Of a stretch of DNA of 64,000 nucleotides, positions 58,042 to 64,000 are shown piece after piece; the stretch's first letter is position 1, and the number at the start of each line of letters is the position of its first letter. Location of the stretch: positions 32,001 through 96,000 of IMG/VR virus record IMGVR_UViG_3300032138_000647; one strand, 5' to 3'. The position numbers were made by a program, and so were the translations under genes. The DNA is from a virus. Its lineage: Duplodnaviria > Caudoviricetes. The notes below the pieces were generated by a model. The model saw nothing but the letters and a program-made list of their open reading frames with translations. It ran no database searches and was not told the origin of the DNA.

Positions 58042-58356
58042 CTATTGATCCGACGCGGTATCGCTAACATCAAATTCGTTGACACGAAAGATTATTTCTC
58101 GGCTACCCTTAGATAAATTTTTAGCAGAAGCATGTACGTGTATCTTGGAGCCTTTTTCAAACAGCTTACATATTGTTTCCGCCCCCGTGTGCCAAGCTTC
58201 ACACTTAATAAAAGTGGGAATTCTGCTTTTCTCGCCGGTGCTCTTAGCTGTTCGGTAGGTGTATGTAACTAAAGTAAATTCTGCTTTGCTTATCCCTTCT
58301 GGCTGGGACAGCTTGGGGTCTTCGACTAAAAACCCGGTAAAAGAGCACAAATTCAT
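58042..58356 (-). CDS. ssb: Single-stranded DNA-binding protein (short OB fold)
   Basis: MNLCSFTGFLVEDP...FTL...FIKCEAW...AETICK...KGSKI, with an acidic tail. Confidence 0.8.
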   Translation of the reverse strand: MNLCSFTGFLVEDPKLSQPEGISKAEFTLVTYTYRTAKSTGEKSRIPTFIKCEAWHTGAETICKLFEKGSKIHVHASAKNLSKGSREIIFRVNEFDVSDTASDQ

Positions 58357-58390
58357 TCCTCGCTCCTCTGAAATAAGATCTTATCTTACT

Positions 58391-58419
58391 ATTTTAGCAG
58401 CGACAGCCGCTTTTAGCAC
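58391..58419 (-). promoter_or_regulatory. Putative sigma70-type promoter for ssb and the glycan island (GTGCTA-N17-TAAAAT, extended -10 TGn)
   Basis: In the 64-bp gap upstream of ssb, with the same spacing as the dnaE promoter. Confidence 0.45.
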
Positions 58420-58420
58420 A

Positions 58421-60013
58421 TTAAATCTCGTAAATTTTGTTAACTATGAAAGAATTATCGTTATGTTTGACGTTACCACAAAGGATAAGATTGTTTCCCT
58501 CGTATAATATATACTTGTTCTTTTCTCTAGCTTCTGGGAACACTATTACGCTGTCCAGAGAGCAAGATTCGTCTTCTACTGTTAGGAAGGACATGTATTT
58601 GCCCTTGGAATCCCCTTTGGTGATGCGGTAATCAGAAACCCTTTTTACGTGTACGCATATGCAAAGATCCTTGCCTGTCTTACCATTCATGATTTCTTTA
58701 CAGGTAGTATTTGCAGCAGACGTATCGGAACTTTCCACCTTAGACATAGAAATGGGACACCCAAGCAGCTTGGTTTCTTGGTCAATCACCCAGCCCGGAT
58801 CGTCTGACAACTCGTATGGAGGGTTTTCTAGCAGGTTTAGTTCGTTCATTACCACTTGGCTTCTCTCCATTCTGTGTGTCCCCCCTCCGTTTTTCTTAGT
58901 CGGAGCCAGTTCTGTCAGGCAATCTGCGAGCTTCTTCCACCTTCTCTTGGGGTAGTTTTCTTCTACCCACCTAATCTCAGCCTTGGTCAGTGTCCGGTAT
59001 ATATTGTACTGGTACAAGGCTTCGTTTCTAGTAACTTTGTCACGGAAGCCTCGGAAAAACCCTACAGATGCCAGAGCCTTGAAGGCTGTGGAGTTTACTT
59101 TAGGAGCAAAGCTTATCAGTATTTCCATCCAAGAGCAATCGCTAACGCTCTTGTTTATTTCACACTCTAGGTCTTCAACTGCCTGAACCACCTTGTCTCC
59201 GGTTTTTCCGGTGAGAGACTTGATATCTTTGATACCAAAGTATATTTTCCCGTCAGAAATATTAAACTTGTCTGAAAAGTTTGTGATGTTGGGGGACTTT
59301 GTTTCTAGGTCAAACAGCTTAGCTTCGGAGACTAGCTCGTATATTTCCTCATGCGGGTTCTGCTTTTCGTTTGCATAGTAAAGGTAAGACAAGAAAAACT
59401 TGTCTGTGTAGTGAGCTTTGTAATAGGCGCTCCAAAATGAGCACATAGCATACGCTACGGCATGGGATTTATTGAACGAGTAACGAGAGGATTTTTCTAT
59501 CCAGCTAAAAATTTCTTCAGCCGTGGCGCTAGTAACAATTCCTTTACTAGTCGCACCCTCTAGGAAAGAGTTCTTTACTTGTGCCATTAGACCGGCTTTT
59601 TTCTTACCAATAGCCTTCCTCAACATGTCTGCATCTTGCAGGTTGAAGCCAGCGATTTTCTGGGCAATCCTCATGGACTGCTCTTGGTATACCAATACCC
59701 CATAGGTGGGCTTTAGGATCTCCTCAAGGGCCGGGTCTAGGTAGGTAACCTCCTCTATCCCTCTCTTTCTATCGATATACCTTTGGGTCATCGACTTGCC
59801 GTCTTGTATAGCCTTAAGGCATCCCGGCCTAATCAAAGCTACTAATGCCGCCAGTTCTTCTATGTTACTGGGCTTCAGTTTTTTAGACCACGACTTACCT
59901 AGGTTGCTTTCAAGCTGGAAAACCCCTTTGGTTTTACCCTCGTGGAAGAGGCTCCAAGTTTTTTCGCACCCGTAGTCTATTTCTGAGGTCTGTCTAGATA
60001 TAAGAGTTTCCAT
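58421..60013 (-). CDS. dnaE: DNA polymerase III alpha, C-terminal half (fingers, HhH, OB)
   Basis: KGVFQLES, ALIRPG, TYGVLVYQEQ, ADMLRKAIGKK, YSFNKSHAVAY and an OB tail. No intein motifs. Confidence 0.92.
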   Translation of the reverse strand: METLISRQTSEIDYGCEKTWSLFHEGKTKGVFQLESNLGKSWSKKLKPSNIEELAALVALIRPGCLKAIQDGKSMTQRYIDRKRGIEEVTYLDPALEEILKPTYGVLVYQEQSMRIAQKIAGFNLQDADMLRKAIGKKKAGLMAQVKNSFLEGATSKGIVTSATAEEIFSWIEKSSRYSFNKSHAVAYAMCSFWSAYYKAHYTDKFFLSYLYYANEKQNPHEEIYELVSEAKLFDLETKSPNITNFSDKFNISDGKIYFGIKDIKSLTGKTGDKVVQAVEDLECEINKSVSDCSWMEILISFAPKVNSTAFKALASVGFFRGFRDKVTRNEALYQYNIYRTLTKAEIRWVEENYPKRRWKKLADCLTELAPTKKNGGGTHRMERSQVVMNELNLLENPPYELSDDPGWVIDQETKLLGCPISMSKVESSDTSAANTTCKEIMNGKTGKDLCICVHVKRVSDYRITKGDSKGKYMSFLTVEDESCSLDSVIVFPEAREKNKYILYEGNNLILCGNVKHNDNSFIVNKIYEI

Positions 60014-60671
60014 TTGCAAATGCCTTGTCCAATTTCAAGTTTTGATATACGGCCCTGTGTGTTTTCATAAACTTAATCATTACGTTTGCCGTATCCTTAA
60101 CGTCCTGAAGTGCGTCATGAGCGTTTTCTTTACTCATTCCCATGCGCTCCCTAGTAGCGTCCATGCTGATAGACTTAACGGAGGGGTCTGCCTCAGTCCA
60201 CATAAAGTAGTTGTCCATCATGTCTATCTTGTAGATTGCATGAAACAGCTTCTGCTGGTGTCTATCTTTGTTGAACGGCCCATACTCTTTGCATAGCCTG
60301 TTGATAATAACCATATCAAACCCTACGATATTCCACCCTGCGGGGATTGGGGCAAACCACTGTGTACCTTTCCAGTTATACTGATCTACAAACTGGATAA
60401 ATTTCTTCCATACAGACCTGATGGTTGGAGCCTTCTTTAACTCATCCCTAGTCTTGCCTGTAATCCTCAAAGCCTCCTCTTCCAAGGGGTCTAGGCCAGC
60501 CTCAATAGCTTTGTTGTCACTTAGTATGGGTCTGATTTCACTGTTGAAAGTTCCCTTGAGTCTAAGGTTTCTACCGTCGATGGCCAGCGCGGCCAGTTGG
60601 GTAGGCTGGGTTTTGTGTGGGTTTCTAGACCCCGTTTCAAAGTCAAAAACAATTATATCTCTACTAGCCAT
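59994..60671 (-). CDS. DEDDh 3'-5' exonuclease (DnaQ-like proofreader)
   Basis: VFDFETG, GWNIVGFD and HDALQDV motifs. Confidence 0.88.
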   Translation of the reverse strand: MASRDIIVFDFETGSRNPHKTQPTQLAALAIDGRNLRLKGTFNSEIRPILSDNKAIEAGLDPLEEEALRITGKTRDELKKAPTIRSVWKKFIQFVDQYNWKGTQWFAPIPAGWNIVGFDMVIINRLCKEYGPFNKDRHQQKLFHAIYKIDMMDNYFMWTEADPSVKSISMDATRERMGMSKENAHDALQDVKDTANVMIKFMKTHRAVYQNLKLDKAFANGNSYI

Positions 60672-60687
60672 GATGGCTCCTTTTCAA

Positions 60688-61329
60688 TTAAACAGTTTCC
60701 CAATAATGTCCCAGTTTCATTGGAACCTTAGTAGTAACGCTGGTTCCCTCGTAACTAAAGTTACTGAGAGTTATCAGCCTGAAGTCAATAGATACTCGTG
60801 TCTGGCCTGTGGAGTTTTTCTTATTTCCATGGCTGAGGTTAGCCCCATCCCATATACAGTACTCGCCAAACTCTGCCTCCATCGGGCTGTAGTCGCCCTT
60901 GTCTTCCTTGCTTTCTGCCCAGATCGTGTTTGTGTCAAAGGCTTGCGTAAGGGGAAGAAAGATATTTATTTCGTGTGGCGAGTGGTTGTACAGCTTGTCT
61001 TTGTGCCACTTAGCCACCGCAATATTGTTGGGTACTTGCACCCTAAAGGTGGGTCTCTTTTGGTAAACCATTCCCTCGTCAGGAAAGTGTTGTGAAACAA
61101 TATGGCCCACTAAATCCCTGTACGTTTCAAGGAATCTGGAGTCTTTGTCCTCAAAAGTTTTGTAAAACACCTTGTGAAAGTTAGTGGTCTGATCTTTGGA
61201 TGGGTCATCGGGTATTTCGTTTGGCCCTTCCTGTTTCAGGTGAAGGCTTGCCAAGTCGTCAACGTCAAACACATCCATAGTGATTGAGGCCAGATCAAAT
61301 AATGAAGTATCGTAACTAAACTTATTCAT
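60688..61329 (-). CDS. Fe(II)/2OG oxygenase-fold protein (StrG-like)
   Basis: QKRPTFRV, WHKD (HxD), EINIFLPLT, HGN and TRVSIDFR motifs. Start reassigned to 61329. Confidence 0.7.
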   Translation of the reverse strand: MNKFSYDTSLFDLASITMDVFDVDDLASLHLKQEGPNEIPDDPSKDQTTNFHKVFYKTFEDKDSRFLETYRDLVGHIVSQHFPDEGMVYQKRPTFRVQVPNNIAVAKWHKDKLYNHSPHEINIFLPLTQAFDTNTIWAESKEDKGDYSPMEAEFGEYCIWDGANLSHGNKKNSTGQTRVSIDFRLITLSNFSYEGTSVTTKVPMKLGHYWETV

Positions 61330-62974
61330 ACGTAGTTTCCTTAACAAAATCTTGTATCTTCATGATTTTATCTAGTAGGTTGATGCCTAGAACGTCAAAC
61401 TTAACATGCCCTAGCCCCTCTAGGTCACTCATTTCCAAGCCCGCAAGCTTTTCGATTCCATGCTTCTGGTCTACCATGGGGCAGACGGCCCCCAGTCTCT
61501 CTCTGGAGATAACGATTCCTGCTGGATGCTTTCCCTGCGACTTGAACGTTCCTTCCATTCGTATCGCTTGATCAAAGAACTCGGCATAATTTCCGTCTAG
61601 CTCTCCGTGGTCGTTTATAAAGCAAAAGTCTTTCAGTTCGTCTGGGTTGTTCATGATTGCCCATCTAATGATAGACCTATCTTCCTCATCCATTTCTTGT
61701 AGCTGGTCAGATATATCTGCCTCGTTTGGAATGCTCTTGGTGATCTCATTCATCTCTCCAAAAGAGCAAGCCTCGTTGATTCTTAGCACTTCCTTTAGGG
61801 CGCTACGTCCCTGAAGTCTGCCAAAGGTAATCATCTGGCTGACATTCTCATGACCATATTTGTCTTTGAGGTATTCAATTATCTCGTCTCTCTTTTTCCC
61901 CGGAACGTCTATGTCAATGTCGGGCAAGGAGACGTGATCATCTGTATTCCTTCCGCTGTTATAGAAGCGTTCAAACAGAAGATCAAATTCTATGGGATCT
62001 ATTTTTGTTATCCCCATAAGGTAAGATAGCAAGCACCCGGCAGCAGAGCCTCGTCCCGGCCCAGACAGCCAGCCCTTTTCGTTAACAAATCTAATGATAT
62101 CCCAGACTACAAGGAAATACCCAAAGAGATTGGCTTCTTTTATAACTCCAAGCTCTTCCTCAAACCTTGCTTTGTAAACCGACTTGGCTTCTGGGTCATC
62201 AACCTTTCCCGTTTCCAAGAGCAGTTCTCTCCATCCCAAGCGGCATAGGTCGGTAAGCATACCCTCTTCGGATTGACCATTAGGGCATGCAAACTCGGGT
62301 AGGATTGGCTTGCTAAGTATGTCATAATGCTCACACTTACTAACTATATCTGTTACGTCAGACACTTGATCGTGAGAGCAGTCGTTAAGCAATACCTCTG
62401 TCATTTCTTCCTTGTCATAAATATAGAAGCCATCCTGCGTAAAGTATTTTTCAACTTCAGGATCAAGTTCTCCACTCTTAATCTTTCTTTGTATCTTTGG
62501 GAGAGTAGTCTTGAGGTGAGAGCTAAGCAAAACCCGGTGAAGCTTGGCGTCCTCACGTTGTACGTAATATGAGACAGGCAACGCTGGGGAGAAGGCGTAG
62601 GAGTCGTCGCCTAGCACGGGGTACTTCTTGGGAGCAATGCAAATAAGATTCTTGTTATCAAATATTCGCTTTGACTCACGGGAAGGTATGTTCCCATCTA
62701 AGTCAAGAGAAGAGACCAACTCAATTAGGTCTTGCCAGCCGCCTTTGTTCTTGGCGAGCAGAGTGAATTGGTCAAATGAGCAGCCGATAATTGGCTTAAT
62801 GCCGTGCTTTAGGCAAGCTTGATAGAAGGATACCGCGCCGGATATAGACTTGTAGTCCGTAATCCCGCAAGCTTTGTATCCGTTTTCGCTGCACTTCTTA
62901 GCTAGTTCTTCAGGCTTAGAGAAGCCCTTAAGTAGACTGTAATGCGTATAGTTACAGATTGGTGACCAGTCCAT
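61322..62974 (-). CDS. dnaE: DNA polymerase III alpha, N-terminal half (degenerate PHP, palm, thumb)
   Basis: THYSLL, GPGRGSAAG, LLFERF, LPDIDID, HPAGIVIS and KFDVLG. All three catalytic Asp are present. Start reassigned to ATG 62974 (AAGGA RBS). Confidence 0.93.
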   Translation of the reverse strand: MDWSPICNYTHYSLLKGFSKPEELAKKCSENGYKACGITDYKSISGAVSFYQACLKHGIKPIIGCSFDQFTLLAKNKGGWQDLIELVSSLDLDGNIPSRESKRIFDNKNLICIAPKKYPVLGDDSYAFSPALPVSYYVQREDAKLHRVLLSSHLKTTLPKIQRKIKSGELDPEVEKYFTQDGFYIYDKEEMTEVLLNDCSHDQVSDVTDIVSKCEHYDILSKPILPEFACPNGQSEEGMLTDLCRLGWRELLLETGKVDDPEAKSVYKARFEEELGVIKEANLFGYFLVVWDIIRFVNEKGWLSGPGRGSAAGCLLSYLMGITKIDPIEFDLLFERFYNSGRNTDDHVSLPDIDIDVPGKKRDEIIEYLKDKYGHENVSQMITFGRLQGRSALKEVLRINEACSFGEMNEITKSIPNEADISDQLQEMDEEDRSIIRWAIMNNPDELKDFCFINDHGELDGNYAEFFDQAIRMEGTFKSQGKHPAGIVISRERLGAVCPMVDQKHGIEKLAGLEMSDLEGLGHVKFDVLGINLLDKIMKIQDFVKETTYE

Positions 62975-63014
62975 GCTGTCCTTTTCAATATAAAATTTCA
63001 ATTTGGCCCACACT

Positions 63015-63043
63015 ATTATAGCGTTAAGCCATCAATAAAGCAA
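63015..63043 (-). promoter_or_regulatory. Sigma70-type promoter upstream of dnaE-N (TTGCTT-N17-TATAAT)
   Basis: Perfect -10 and a near-consensus -35 at 17-bp spacing in the intergenic gap. Confidence 0.7.
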
Positions 63044-63045
63044 AC

Positions 63046-63312
63046 TTATTTATCCAAAACTTCGGCAATTCTTCCCTGTTCGTTCATGCCGAGTTGTTGT
63101 TGTAGCTTGAGGAGTTGCTGCAAGAGCACTGTGTCTCTCGCTCTTCCTTCTTCAAGTATTCTGTCCAGCTTAGCATTTATTTCTTCAAGGTTTGCTGGGG
63201 CTTGCCCCGGAGTAACGGTGGTCTTCCGGCTCATGGATATAGTAAATCCCATGGTAATTGCTAGCAGTACTACTAATGCACGGGAACAGTTAAGAATCTT
63301 TTTTGATATCAT
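63046..63312 (-). CDS. Small membrane-anchored coiled-coil protein (88 aa)
   Basis: N-terminal hydrophobic segment ALVVLLAITMGFTI, then Leu/Gln-rich heptads. Confidence 0.6.
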   Translation of the reverse strand: MISKKILNCSRALVVLLAITMGFTISMSRKTTVTPGQAPANLEEINAKLDRILEEGRARDTVLLQQLLKLQQQLGMNEQGRIAEVLDK

Positions 63313-63325
63313 AGCTTCCCTTCCG

Positions 63326-64000
63326 TTAGAATAGTTCTTTTATGATTCTTCCTGAGTTTGCGATCTTCATAGGGCGACCACTGTTGCTGGTGAACGTTGT
63401 CTGCAATGAAATGCCGAGTGCGTTACAGACGGAAGCCATAACATCTTGTGAAGAATAGGGTGTCGTTTCAACGCTAGTGCCATCAGGGCTGGTGGCTCCG
63501 ACAGCCGTTCCCCCATTGATACCTCCTCCTCCAACAACAACGCTCCAGCTTCTAGCCCAGTGATCTCGCCCAGCATTCCCATTGATGCGAGGAGTACGGC
63601 TGAATTCACCCATCCAGATAATCACGGTGTCCTTTAAGGTTCCTCTTTGTTCAAGGTCTTCTACTAAAGCACTCATCCCCTGATCTAACATGGGGAGCTT
63701 GGTGTCTTTAAGGGTTGGGAAAATGTTTTGATGATTATCCCAACCTCCAAGCCCCACTTCTATAAAGGGAACGCCAGCTTCAACTAATCGCCTAGCCATT
63801 AAGCATCCCTTTCCAAAACTATTGTCTCCGTATCTTTGTCGTACAGATTCAGATTCTTCAGCGACTTTCGTAGCGCCCATCTGTTTGCTGGTTAGAACAT
63901 CAAATGTTTTTTTCAATACTTTCTGATGTTCCTTGGGCATTGAACCCCTGTTAGAATTTATAAAATTATTTTCCAGCATATCTAGCGTTTGCATACGTTG
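63326..64000 (-). CDS. DUF1501-domain protein, C-terminal part (5'-truncated)
   Basis: RYG..FGKGCLMARRLVEAGV.F, GGWDNH, LVEDLEQRG, WMGEFSRTP and GRDHW motifs. The frame is open to the window edge. Confidence 0.9.
   Translation of the reverse strand, partial: QRMQTLDMLENNFINSNRGSMPKEHQKVLKKTFDVLTSKQMGATKVAEESESVRQRYGDNSFGKGCLMARRLVEAGVPFIEVGLGGWDNHQNIFPTLKDTKLPMLDQGMSALVEDLEQRGTLKDTVIIWMGEFSRTPRINGNAGRDHWARSWSVVVGGGGINGGTAVGATSPDGTSVETTPYSSQDVMASVCNALGISLQTTFTSNSGRPMKIANSGRIIKELF

Noticed and set aside
55229-61329. T4/TET-style DNA hydroxylation-glycosylation system (2OG oxygenase plus GT-B next to the replisome)
   Set aside because: Not excluded but disfavoured: the oxygenases look PhyH/StrG-like rather than TET/JBP-like, no hydroxymethylase or DNA methylase is in the window, and restriction-site avoidance appears strong.
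59990-61400. Split intein or group I intron joining the DnaE halves
   Set aside because: There is no Cys/Ser-initiated intein N-block after KFDVLG and no His-Asn/Cys junction in the C-half. The gap is filled by two ordinary genes with no room for a ribozyme core.
31280-63609. Plus-strand ORFs over the right half (for example 60421-61095, 35625-36035)
   Set aside because: They are antisense shadows of well-identified minus-strand genes.
1-64000. Stop-codon reassignment, as in some large phages
   Set aside because: Code 11 gives near-complete coding density, and TAA, TAG and TGA all end recognisable full-length genes.
1-64000. tRNA/rRNA genes, integrase, transposase, reverse transcriptase or DGR
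   Set aside because: No intergenic gap shows a cloverleaf, and none of these protein motifs were recognised.

Overview
This window looks like a segment of a large tailed-phage genome (standard genetic code, very dense coding, many ATGA/TAATG overlaps, no rRNA, tRNA or CRISPR seen). A Planctomycetota/PVC-type host is plausible because of the DUF1501 gene at the right edge. The left half (1-30.8 kb, + strand) is a virion module: the end of a tape measure protein, a 4162-aa protein with LamG, FG-GAP and vWA-like parts, several large tail/baseplate-like proteins, a permuted NlpC/P60 enzyme and a small metallothionein-like protein. The right half (30.9-64 kb, - strand) converges on it at a bidirectional terminator. 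It holds an ssDNA-annealing protein, a free-standing endonuclease, SSB and an intein-less two-gene DnaE with a DEDDh exonuclease and a 2OG-Fe(II) oxygenase between its halves. It also holds a ~25-kb, ~30-gene glycan island (GlmS, GNA1, WecB, KdsA, KdsB, RmlB, roughly a dozen glycosyltransferase-like genes, methyl- and sulfotransferases) with an embedded lysine/saccharopine dehydrogenase plus ALDH pair. The best candidate for an undescribed system is a phage-encoded Kdo/amino-sugar protein O-glycosylation pathway whose acceptors could be the Ser-Gly-enriched outer virion proteins. Apparent CCWGG avoidance argues that DNA is not the target. All calls come from motif recognition by eye; no database searches were run.
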